Below are positions 1 to 9,576 of a stretch of 64,000 nt of DNA, piece after piece. How positions within the stretch are numbered: the stretch's first letter is position 1; the number at the start of each line of letters is the position of its first letter. This DNA is from Callorhinchus milii (Eukaryota), in contig NW_024704743.1 of NCBI RefSeq assembly GCF_018977255.1, positions 63,118,001-63,182,000 of the forward strand. The letters are read 5' to 3'. The notes below the pieces were generated by a model. It was not told where the DNA came from. It saw nothing but the letters and a program-made list of their open reading frames with translations, and did no database searches. Made by a program: the position numbers and the translations under genes.

Positions 1-167
1 TCAGCAATTGATAGGTAGACTAGTAGACTGAGCAGATATGGCAGAAATTGAACACAGAAAAATTTGAGGTTATATGTTTTGGGAGGAAGAAAAGAGATCT
101 GTGCTAAATTATAAAATTTTAAAATAGGGAGAAAAGTAGAGAAACTTAGGTGGTTAAAGCACATATT

Positions 168-481
168 AATAATCCTTGCATTTGATATTGCGCCTTATCA
201 CGTCTTCAAGACGTCTCAAAGCACTTCACAGAAAATAACATAATGCAAATTGACTGTATATTTTGTGGGCGAAACATGGGAGCCAATTGCGTACAGCAGC
301 GTCCCACAACAATCGTGGATTGAATGAGCAATAATAATAATCCAAATGTATTTATTTATTTGAAGGAATTATTACTCCCGGAAAAGCGATCCATCAATTG
401 ATTACTAACTAGCTCCCTATTTACTGTTAAATAAACTGAGGCATGTGGAATAAGGAAACTTGCATAATATTTCGCCCTGTA
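168..481 (-). mobile_element. tRNA-derived SINE, long variant, head truncated
   Basis: Reverse complement of the family body/tail (AATAATCCTTGCATTTGATA...GCCAATTGCGTACAGCAGCGTCCCACAA...TAAGGAAACTTGC). Confidence 0.8.
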
Positions 482-805
482 CACACTACAGGACTCATTT
501 ACATAAATCTTTAAAGATGGGAAAGCAAGGGGACAAAGCTGTGAAGAAAACTAATGGGAACATAGGTTTTATAAATAGGTGTATAGAATATAAAACAAAA
601 CAGATAATGTTTAACTTGTATTAATCATTAGTCAGTCCACAGTTAGATTATTGTATCCAGTTTTGGTCACCCACTTAAGGAATAATATCAGGGTACTGAG
701 GAAGAAGAGAACATTTATTAGGATGATACCGGGGACCAGTCGTTTTAGCAGAGACCAGAGGAAGTGGGCCTATTCTCACTGGAACAGAGAAGATTGAGAG
801 GAGAT

Positions 806-985
806 AACAACAAATAAAAATAAATTACATTTGTATCGTGCCTTTCATTTGGGGAAGACATCACAAGGTAGGGGATTGAGGAGTCAGGGTTTGGACCCGA
901 GCTAGGGGCTGGGATTAAGAGGAGTGGAGTGTAGCAAGGGTAGAGGTAGAAGGGTGATCGAAGGTGCAGTCGAAGAGGAGGGTCA
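806..985 (-). mobile_element. L2 LINE 3' terminal fragment inserted in CR1
   Basis: Matches reverse complement of L2 3' ends elsewhere in the window (ATTTGTATCGTGCCTTTCA...GAAGGTGCAGTCGAAGAGGAGGGTC). Confidence 0.65.
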
Positions 986-1369
986 ATCAACCAATAGAAG
1001 TCTTTAAAATTATGAGTCGATAAGGAAATGTTATTTCCACATGTCAGTGATTTAGTGTTTAGAGGGCAACAATTTAAGATACTTAGCACAGGGGGCAATT
1101 AAGAGGTATACTTTTACACACAAGAGTTGTTGGGATGTGGAATGTCCTGCTGGAAGCAGAATTAGATAGATATCTATAAAGGTTTGCAGGGTATATGAGG
1201 AAAAGACAGGTAAATGGGACTGAATGGATTGCTCTTTCAAACAGTCAGCACAGACACGATGGTCCAATGGCTTTCTTCTGTGCCATAAATGCCTATGGCA
1301 TTATGGTGGAGAACATCAAATTCAACCCGACTGACTCGGCCGCTCTCTTTGCTCAGTAACTTGCTTCAT

Positions 1370-1640
1370 CTCCTCAGCCTCTCTGCCAGTGGGTGGGCTA
1401 TCAGACATTCTGTGCCTGCTCTCAGGAACTCCAACCCAGAGCCCTTTGACTTGTTCCTTCCCTCATCTCGTTCAAGGACTGTCTCAAGACCTACCTCTTT
1501 GACCATGCTTTCAGTTATTCTTTTTTCTCCTCAATCCCCTCAGCTCCTGTCCCTAAATCGGGTGGCCAGTCAGCAGTTTTAAGCACTTTTGAGACATCCT
1601 CCTGATGTGAAAGGTGCTGTGTAAACCTAAATTGTACTGT
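1370..1640 (+). mobile_element. Old L2 3' fragment
   Basis: TCTCAAGACCTACCTCTTTGACCATGCTTTC...CTGATGTGAAAGGTGCTGTGTAAA resembles the L2 3' end. Confidence 0.6.
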
Positions 1641-1933
1641 ACCACACGTAATAGTTATGGGAGACCAAAGGTAGTCCGCAGAATTCTATCTTTCCATAAT
1701 TACAGACTATAAATAAACCTAAAAATCCCATTCATTAATAGGGTTAAAGCGCCGGGAGACGCTATCCTGCGTGGAGGGCGCTATACAAGTGCAAGTTGTT
1801 GTACAGTAAATAGTTACAAACTACCCCTATTTTTTGTACCAGAATTCGAGCGCGCGGCAGAGGTTGGCTATGTGGCGGAATTCTGTATTTCACATAATAA
1901 AAGGGCAAGAAATTCTCTACTTTGAAGAAATTG

Positions 1934-2258
1934 TGGAGTCCTGTAGCTCAGTGGTTTGAGCACCCACTTTGCAAGCGAGAGACCTGAGTTCAATTCCAGG
2001 CAGAGGGCGAAACCTTGGGCAAGTTTCCTTACTCCACACAGAGCCTAATAATAATCCCTCCAAAACAAAACAATAATAAAATTGGTCATTTTCAATCCAC
2101 GACTGTTTGTGGGACATTGCTGTGCGCAATTGGCTGCCGCGTTCGCCCACAAATATACAATCAATTCACTTTACAGTGTGTTCTGTGAAGCGCTTTGGGA
2201 CGTCCTCCCGACGTGAAAAGCGCTATATCAAAATGCAAGGATTATTATTATTATTATT
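1934..2258 (+). mobile_element. Full-length young tRNA(Ala-like)-derived SINE with L2-type tail
   Basis: A-box TAGCTCAGTGG, TTTGCAA anticodon-like loop, B-box GAGTTCAATTCC, body, tail GGGACGTCCTCCCGACGTGAAAAGCGCTATA, (TTA)n end; nearly identical to 37898-38212. Confidence 0.9.
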
Positions 2259-2363
2259 AAATGATCCTTCAAGCTACGATTGCAGTGTCCCCAGTGCTGC
2301 ACGCCCTGCAGAGAGAGCGAACACCTTACAGAGGACAACCCCCCGCTGCCTGTGCTTTACTGC

Positions 2364-2371
2364 TGACGTGG
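2364..2371 (+). promoter_or_regulatory. UPRE-type motif TGACGTGG (XBP1s/ATF6/CREB3-family site)
   Basis: Exact 8-mer at the edge of the CpG island; function untested. Confidence 0.35.
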
Positions 2372-2685
2372 CTTTTGCTGACTGCCATCCCGGAACCGTG
2401 GCCCTGACCAGACAACCCCCGAAACAACTGCTCCTTTCGGCTCTCTGGCAAAATAAACAGCCCAACGCTTACAACCAAACAGCCAACACCCCTGTGCAGG
2501 GCTCTGAGGCGTCTCGGCGCGCTGATAAGGCGCTATGTGTGAAATGGAAGGGTGACAGACGGGCTGAAGTAAGCAGGGCCTCCGGTGTGGCTCAGGCTGT
2601 GCAGTGCAGTGCAGTGCTGTGCTGTGCAGCGCGGGGCCTGGACAAGGGCGGCCCTGGAGCGCGCGGCGCGGAGCACAATGGTTAC

Positions 2686-2810
2686 CATGGCGGCGGCGGC
2701 GGCGAGGCTTCTCGTCCGGGGAACGTTCCACTGCGGGGCTGCACACACACACACACAGAGAGAGAGAGCGCGAGAGAGACGGCGGCGGCGGTGATGGAGG
2801 CGGCGGGTGA
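2686..2810 (-). CDS. SEC61B: Probable SEC61B exon 1 (5' UTR plus initiator ATG only; coding bases 2688-2686); 5' end approximate, later exons not found in window
   Basis: Minus strand reads GCCGCCGCCGCCATG|GTAACC: ideal Kozak, ATG, then GT donor. Human SEC61B is head-to-head with ALG2 and, as I recall, its first exon encodes only the ATG. Identity rests on synteny and architecture, not protein sequence. Confidence 0.6.
2742..2779. repeat. Compound (CA)n(GA)n microsatellite flanked by (GGC)n runs
   Basis: CACACACACACACACAGAGAGAGAGAG read directly. Confidence 0.9.
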
Positions 2811-3168
2811 GGTGGGGAGGGGGAGGGGGGGAAGGGGCGGGGCCGCGGCTGCTGACGAGTCCTAAAAGCAGCCACGAAACACAACTCAGGACCTCTTCCG
2901 GACCCCGACGGCCAGCGGCGCCTGAGAGAAAAATCACAAGTAGAAAAGGGCTTCCACACCGATATGTATCAGAAAGTTTAAAACCAGACCTGATGGACCT
3001 GTCTTCACTGGAGTGTTGGGTGCAGTAGCGCGCGGCCGGATCGCTCCCGCTACATTTCTGTCAGTCAGGCTTGCTGGAGGCCAGCCCGGCCAGGGTTGGT
3101 GGTAGGGGGGTGCTCCCGGGTGGTCCTCAGTGAGAGCACTGCGCCTGCGCGGTGTCTGACCGGAGGCC

Positions 3169-4380
3169 ATGGTGACCGCCGTGTTCCTGCACCCGGACCT
3201 GGGCATCGGCGGCGCCGAGCGGCTGGTGGTGGACGCGGCGCTGGCGCTGCGCTCCCGCGGCTGCCGGGTGGAGATCTGGACGGCTCACCACGACCCCCAG
3301 CACTGCTTCTCGGAGACGCGGCCGAGCGGCGGCCTGAAGGTGGTGTGCGCCGGGGACTGGCTGCCCCGCTCTGTGCTGGGCCGAGGCCACGCCCTGTTCG
3401 CCTGCCTGCGGATGCTGTACCTGACCTGCTGCCTGGTCTTCCTCAGCGGCCTCGAGTTCGACATGGTTTTCTGCGACCAGGTGTCGGCCTGCATCCCCGT
3501 GCTCAAGTTGTGCAGGAGGCCCAAGAAAGTGCTCTTCTACTGCCACTTCCCCGACCAGCTCCTCACCCAGAGGAGCAGCATCTTCAAGAGGCTGTACCGG
3601 CTCCCCATCGACTGGCTGGAGGAGTACACCACCGGCCTGGCCGATCTTATCGTAGTCAACAGCAAGTTCACAGCCGGCGTCTTCAAGCAAACCTTCAAGT
3701 CTCTGAGCCACCTGGACCCTGATGTCCTTTACCCATCTCTGAACTTCGCCGCCTTTGACAATGACCCCGCTGACCTGAGCGGTCTGGTCCCAGCCCAGAA
3801 GAAGTTCATCTTCCTTTCCATCAACAGGTACGAAAGGAAGAAGAACCTGCCTCTGGCCATGGAGGCGTTGCACGATCTGCGTGGCAGGTTGACTTCTGGA
3901 GAGTGGGAGAAGGTCCACCTGGTCATGGCAGGCGGTTATGACGAAAGGGTTTTGGAAAACGTTGAGCATTACAAGGAGCTGAAGGAATTGGCGAGGAGAT
4001 TGGATCTGTCTGATGCAGTGACTTTTATCAGGTCTTTTTCAGACACGCAGAAGATTTCCCTTCTCCATCGAAGCACCTGTGTGTTGTACACACCGAGCAA
4101 TGAACACTTTGGGATTGTTCCCTTGGAGGCCATGTACACAAGGTGTCCAGTCATAGCAGTGAATTCAGGCGGTCCTCTCGAGTCTGTAATAGACCGTGTT
4201 ACGGGTTTGCTCTGCGAACCATCGGCAAACTGTTTTGCGGAAGCCATGGAGAAATTTATAAACATTCCCAGTCTTCGAGCACAAATGGGAGAAGCTGGAA
4301 GAACTAGAGTCCTAGAAAAATTTTCTTCATATGCTTTTACAGAACAGTTATACCAATATGTGTGTAAATTAACACAATAA
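3169..4380 (+). CDS. ALG2: Alpha-1,3/1,6-mannosyltransferase ALG2 (GT4 family), 403 aa, uninterrupted CDS
   Basis: Kozak GGCCATGG; motifs FLHPDLGIGGAERLVVDAA, FYCHFPDQLL, SINRYERKKN, AGGYD, and EX7E in YTPSNEHFGIVPLEAM; no stops or frameshifts. Confidence 0.98.
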   Translation: MVTAVFLHPDLGIGGAERLVVDAALALRSRGCRVEIWTAHHDPQHCFSETRPSGGLKVVCAGDWLPRSVLGRGHALFACLRMLYLTCCLVFLSGLEFDMVFCDQVSACIPVLKLCRRPKKVLFYCHFPDQLLTQRSSIFKRLYRLPIDWLEEYTTGLADLIVVNSKFTAGVFKQTFKSLSHLDPDVLYPSLNFAAFDNDPADLSGLVPAQKKFIFLSINRYERKKNLPLAMEALHDLRGRLTSGEWEKVHLVMAGGYDERVLENVEHYKELKELARRLDLSDAVTFIRSFSDTQKISLLHRSTCVLYTPSNEHFGIVPLEAMYTRCPVIAVNSGGPLESVIDRVTGLLCEPSANCFAEAMEKFINIPSLRAQMGEAGRTRVLEKFSSYAFTEQLYQYVCKLTQ

Positions 4381-4474
4381 AAAGTTCACCACAGTGGTTT
4401 ACAACAGTAATAATGTTTAAAAACCATTACAGATTTGCACTGAAGAGAGTGGGATCTGATTTTTGATGTTTGGG

Positions 4475-4480
4475 AATAAA
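4475..4480 (+). terminator. Candidate ALG2 polyadenylation signal AATAAA (a second overlaps the stop at 4376-4381)
   Basis: AATAAA 95 nt after the stop, followed by T-rich sequence. Confidence 0.5.
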
Positions 4481-4619
4481 GAGCTGTTCTTGTAAATTGC
4501 AATTTTTATTTCTACATTTATTAAGTTTACAATACAATCTGTTCTGATTCACATTTTTTTTATCAAACGCTATGAAGAAGATTGATCATTGCGTATGAAA
4601 CAACATCTAGTGTTCAAAT

Positions 4620-5208
4620 GTCTCAAAGCACTTCATCCATAATTGCTGTAAAGTGACGATATATTGGTAGGCAAACATGGCAGCCAATTTGTGCACAGCA
4701 ATGATTCACAAATAGCCATGTTGTAAATGACAATGTGTTCTAGGGGATTGTTGGGCAAGGAGACTGGGTGAATTTTCTTTCTTATTTCAAATAGTGTCTT
4801 GGAATCATTAACATCCACCTGAACGTGAACAGACAGAGGGGACCATGATTTAACGTCCAATCTGAATGATAGCACACAAAGCAAAACAATACTTCCAGAG
4901 TACTGTACTGCAGTGTCAATCTAGTTTTGAAGCATCAAGATTGTGAGTTCAAGCTCCATGTCAGATTTTTGTACTTGAAGTTGATGCTCCAGTGCAGTGT
5001 TGGAAGAGCGCAGTATTATTGGAGGTTTTCAGATGAGACTTTAAACAGCTGGATTTTAAAGAATGCATGTCATTATTCAGATAAAGAAGGGAGTCTATCC
5101 CAGTGTCCTGGGCAACAAAACCTCCAAATTAAATTGTAAATTAAATTATTCTGAAGCGCTTTGAGATGTTTTGACATAGATGCTATATCTAATTCAAGGA
5201 TTATTATT
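4620..5208. mobile_element. Two decayed Deu-type SINE pieces in divergent orientation (~4620-4930 minus, ~4935-5208 plus)
   Basis: Similar to 60770-61118 and 24598-24992 (TTAACATCCACCTGAAC...; TTTCAGATGAGAC...; GGATTATTATT tail). Confidence 0.65.
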
Positions 5209-5298
5209 AAATACTGAGTTCCCTATATACAATACAATTTATATAGTTTTTCACGTGAAGAAAAGTATGTTAGAACCTTTTGTTTTAAAACAATACAC

Positions 5299-5665
5299 GG
5301 TCTTGCTCCCCCCTTACCTCTGTGACCTCCTAACCGCCTACCATCCTGCTCATTCCCTCCGCTCCGCGGGCTCCGGCCTACTTCATATCCCCCGCCTCAC
5401 TTGCCCCACTATTGGCGGATAGACCTTCTGCCACACTGCCCCCACCCATTGGAACTCCATCCTGCAGTCCCTCCGTCTCGCCCCCTCCCTTGCCACCTTC
5501 AAGACCCATCTCAAGACCCTCCTTTTCGACTGTGCTTTCGATCTCCCTGCTTCCCTGCCCTACACCCTCCCCGACCCCCGGCACGGGTCTGAAACTCTGA
5601 ATGTCCAGCGCCTTGGGATGTCCTCCCAACGTGAAAGGAGCTATACAAATGTCATTTTGTTTTTG
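5299..5665 (+). mobile_element. L2 3' fragment
   Basis: Encodes LPPYLCDLLTAYHPAHSLRSAGSGLLHIP; tail GGGATGTCCTCCCAACGTGAAAGGAGCTATACAAAT. Confidence 0.85.
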
Positions 5666-6129
5666 CATAGAGAAAATATTTTTTCTCAGAAGTGGAACTG
5701 GTTGTAGAATTCTAAGATTTGATTAAATTATTTGTTAAGCTCCAAAGTTCTGTTACTCAATGTAAAATGGGAATAGTGGTGGTTTCTAAAATACATTTGT
5801 GTTAGCCAGTTCTCTAAAAACATAGCCAGCTTGCTGCAGTATGCAAGCCACTCATCCATAAAGCAGGACCTTGTGAAGGTAACTGCAAAGGGAAAGAGCT
5901 ATTAAGCAAATGCAGTGCTAGAACTATCAGACCAAGTTATGACTGCTGAAAATTTAGTTTACGACCAAGCATCACATGAGTCTAGAAAGGTGATAAGGGA
6001 ATTGAAGCAGGATCACTTACTTCATAAGGGATCACAAATGCAAAAGAACAGTCCCAAATGTTCTGCTGGCTAAAGTCTGTCATTGGTCATGGCTGAAATG
6101 TTCCCTCTGGGCTGATACCAGTTTTGGAC

Positions 6130-6224
6130 AAGGCGGAAAGAGTCCGGCAGTGGGACTGATTAGGTAGCTCTTCCAAAGAGTCGGCACAGGCACGATGGGC
6201 TGAAAGGCCTCCTTCTGTGCTGTG
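6130..6224 (+). mobile_element. CR1 extreme 3' end
   Basis: GCTCTTCCAAAGAGTCGGCACAGGCACGATGGGCTGAAAGGCCTCCTTCTGTGCTGT. Confidence 0.65.
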
Positions 6225-8996
6225 CTGTCCGTTCCCTTTCCAGCAAAACGCTCACCTCATTGTCAACGAAAATATTGATATCCTTGCCCTCACCGAAACC
6301 TGCTTCACCCCAGGCAACACATTCCCCCTGGTTGAGGCCACACACGGCTACACCTTCCACCATACCCTACGACCTAACCACTGTGGCGGTGGTGTGGCTC
6401 TCATCTCGCACTCTCCGCTCGGCCTATCCCATTACTCCTCCAGAACCGTCCCCTCCTTTGAGCACCTTATCCTCTGCCATTCCTTCAACCTTTCCCTCAA
6501 AATCCTCTTTGTTTATCGTTCCCCCCCAACCCTCCCCCACCTTCCTCCCCAACATCTCCACCCTCCTATCTTCCCTCTGCTCTGAACACTTCTTCATCCT
6601 AAGCGACTTCAACCTGCACTTCACCCTATCGCGCTCTAGCTCCGCTGACTTTTCACTCCTCTCCCAATCTCTCCCTCCCCATCCACTCCACCACCCACAT
6701 CCATGCCCACCCGATTGACCAATAAAGCCATCTAGGTAGGACCATTACTTCATCTCCCTTACTTCCTCAATCCCTTCCCCCTCTCCCTTGGAGTCATTTG
6801 AACTCCTCTCCCTCTGGGCTTCCTCCTGCAATGACCTATCCTCCTCGGTCACTCTCCTCCACAATTCCCTCTCCACCACTCTCAATGCCCTTGCTCCCCT
6901 CACTTCCCGGACCACCTCCTACTCACGAAGTGACCCTGGTAGACCAGCCAACTCCGCTCCTGGGAAGTCATTGCTTCCCAGCTTCGCTCCTTCCTCTCTC
7001 GCCACTCCATTCACAAACACAGGTGCATGTCACTGAATACACCAGACTTAAACCTAACATAACAGCCCATTGACAGATCTGGCTGGACCTTATCAAAACT
7101 TACTGCTTCAACAATCTTGGAGGTCAAGGCCAACTCTACGCTCCTCCATCACCAACTGGATCCTCCGCCCACCCTCTCACGCCTCCGCCATCCTCTCCAA
7201 CACCAACTGCGAGGTGATGCTGAACTTCCTCAAAACCAAAGTCGAGTGGATCCACTCAGCTGCCTCTGCAGTTCTGACTACTAACCCTCCCTCCTCACAT
7301 GCCCCGGCCCCTACCCATTCCTTCCCTCACACCCTCAAACCTGTCTCCCCCTCCTCTCTCACCACCACTATAATCCACATGAAACCAACCACCTGCTTCC
7401 TCGACCCCATCCCTACCCCTCTCGTTGCCTCCCAGATCCATCTCCTTTTCCCCCCCTACTCACAGGCACCGTTCCCACCCATTTAAAAACAGCCTTCATC
7501 ACTCCTATCCTTAAAAAGCCCTCCCTGGACCCTTCCCTGCTCTCAAATTACCCCCATTATCTCCAACCTCCCTTTCCTTTCCAAGGTTGTGGAACAAGTC
7601 ATTGCTTCCCAGTTTCGCTCCTTCCTCTCTCGCCATTCACAAACCCCTCCAATTGGGTTTCTGAGCTGCCCACAGCACAGAAACAGCTTTGGTCAAAGTG
7701 ACAAATTACATTTTGTCCATTGGCGACCAGGTCTCCCTCTGCCTCCTCGTCCTCCTTTACCTCTCTGCTGCTTTCGATATCATTGACCTCTCTATCCTCC
7801 TCCCCACCTCTCCTCTCACCTCAATCTTCATGGTTCTGTCTTTGAATGGTTCAGATCCTACATCTCACACCGCCTCCACTTCATCTCCACTAATGGTTTC
7901 TTCTCTAATCCGCGCACCTTCTCGTGCAGCATTCCTTGGGGCTCTGTCCTTTGTCCCCTTCTCTTCAATATCCATATGTTCCCTCTTGGTGACATCATCC
8001 GCAGACATGGGGTCAACTTCTTTACGTATGCAGATAACAAACAATTCTATCTCTCTGCCTCCACTCTCGACTCCAGGACTACCTCTGTCCTGACAGAATG
8101 TCTGTCAGACATCAAATCCTGTATGAGAGCTAACTTTCTGCAACTGAAAGTCAACAAGACTGAGGCTCTCCTGATTGGCTCCCGTCAGTGCCTCCAACCT
8201 CAGCCACTGATGGCATCACCATTCATGGATGCACACTCCACCTTGCTAAGCCAGTCCGGAACCTTGGGGTCTTGTTTGACTCTTAACTCTCCTTTCTACC
8301 CCACATCCATGCCATGTCCTGTTCTGCCTTCCCCCACCCCCGCATCATCGCCTGGCTTCGACACTTTCTCACACCCCAAGCTGCCAAAACCCTCATACAC
8401 ACATTCATAACATCCAGGCTCAACTACACAAACGTGTTGGCCTCCCCAATTCCTCCCTCCATAGGTTGCAGATCATCTAGAACTCTGCAGCCCATGTCCT
8501 CTCCAGCCCCAGTTTCTGCGACCCTATCAACCCCATCCTCACCTGACTCCCCTGGCTTCCCAACACACAGAGGATACAGTTCAAGATCCTGGTCTTCGCC
8601 TTCAAAGCCCTCCATGGACTTGCTCCCCACTACCACTGCGACCTCCTAACCCCCTACCAACCTGCCCACTCCCTCCACTCAGTAGGCTCCGGCCTGCTTC
8701 ACGTCCCCTGCCTTGCCCACCGCACCATTGGTGGGTGGGCCTTCAGCCACTCTGCCCCCAACCTTTGGAACTCCATCCTGCTGTTCCTCCCCCTCGCCCC
8801 CTCCCTTGCCTCCTTCAAGACCTGTCTCAAGATCCTCCTCTTTGACCTTTCCTTCGGTCACCCTCCGAGCCCCCCCTGCACTCCACTCCCCCATCCTGAA
8901 CCCCAGCTTGGTTCCGAAACGCTGACTGTCCAGCCCCTTGGGAGGTCCACCTGACGTGAAAGCCGCTACACAAATGTAATCCTGTTGTTGTAGTTG
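6225..8996 (+). mobile_element. Long decayed L2 LINE (APE endonuclease + RT remnants + 3' tail)
   Basis: IDILALTET, GGGVALI and ILSDFNLH (APE); LVKVTN...LSAAFD and YADNKQ (RT); FITSRLNY; tail GACGTGAAAGCCGCTACACAAAT(GTT)n; many frameshifts. Confidence 0.92.
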
Positions 8997-9414
8997 TAAT
9001 ATTCTATGATTCTTCCCGCCCAGCAGAGGAGCGCCATTGCCTGCTCCTCCCTCCCATTGCTGTTCCCATTGGATGGGAAGGAGCCCAATTAGCGGTGGCT
9101 CCGAGGTGATTGACAGCCTGCAGCCGCTTGTGAATATTTGGGCTCCACCCAATCGCAAGTGGCTCCAATGAATTACAATTTGACTCCTCCCATTCCTTTG
9201 TTTCTTCCCCGTTTCTCCGCACCCCCACACTGACAGCCCGACTCCAGGCACTTGTGAATGGCTGGAGTCCGCTGTCAATCAATTGCAATTTGACTCTTCC
9301 CATCTCCAGACTGGAGCTGCTCGAGGCACCGAATGAGTAAACCCGGGGGTGATCAGCGCGGCATTTTGCCCGCCATACCTATTGTGAAGCTGACTCTGCC
9401 TCAGTGTGAAGTCC

Positions 9415-9576
9415 TGTCACTCAATCCACGACTGTTTGTGGGACACTGCTGTGCGCAATTGACTGCTGCGTTTCGCCCACAAAATATACAGTCATTTCAC
9501 TTTACAATATATTCTGTGAAGCGCTTTGAGACGTCTCACTATATCAAATGCAAGGATTATTATTATCATTATTATA
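9415..9576 (+). mobile_element. SINE 3' half
   Basis: CAATCCACGACTGTTTGTGGGACAC...AAATGCAAGGATTATTATT. Confidence 0.85.

Larger units (their letters stand above)
1..1288 (+). mobile_element. Decayed CR1 LINE 3' fragment in three pieces (~1-165, ~490-805, ~990-1288), split by a SINE and an L2 tail
   Basis: Same RT C-terminal and 3' UTR sequence as the CR1 copies at 35309 and 56089 (e.g. GAACAGAGAAGATTGAGAGGAGAT; GGATTGCTCTTTCAAA...GCACAGACACGATGG...CTTCTGTGC). Confidence 0.75.
2500..3700. promoter_or_regulatory. CpG island / bidirectional TATA-less promoter
   Basis: High GC and CpG density against a CpG-poor background; GC box GGGGCGGGGC 2834-2843, ETS CTTCCGG 2895-2901, NRF1-type TGCGCCTGCGC 3140-3150; divergent start codons at 2688 (-) and 3169 (+). 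Confidence 0.85.

Noticed and set aside
1934..2010. tRNA-like sequences here and at 18845, 23733, 37898, 44148, 49447
   Set aside because: A/B boxes are present but acceptor stems are poor, and most run straight into SINE bodies; these are SINE heads, not tRNA genes.
2330..2444. Possible 115-nt minus-strand exon (TTTTGCCAG| ... |GTAAGG) after the ATG exon
   Set aside because: Translation does not resemble SEC61B and would shift frame; splice-like motifs alone are weak evidence.
2107..2959. Long ORFs 2107-2865 (+) and 2357-2959 (-)
   Set aside because: They cross a SINE, a microsatellite and a stop-poor CpG island, and show no recognisable protein.
3096..4265. Alternative-frame and antisense ORFs over ALG2
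   Set aside because: Shadow ORFs caused by high GC3.
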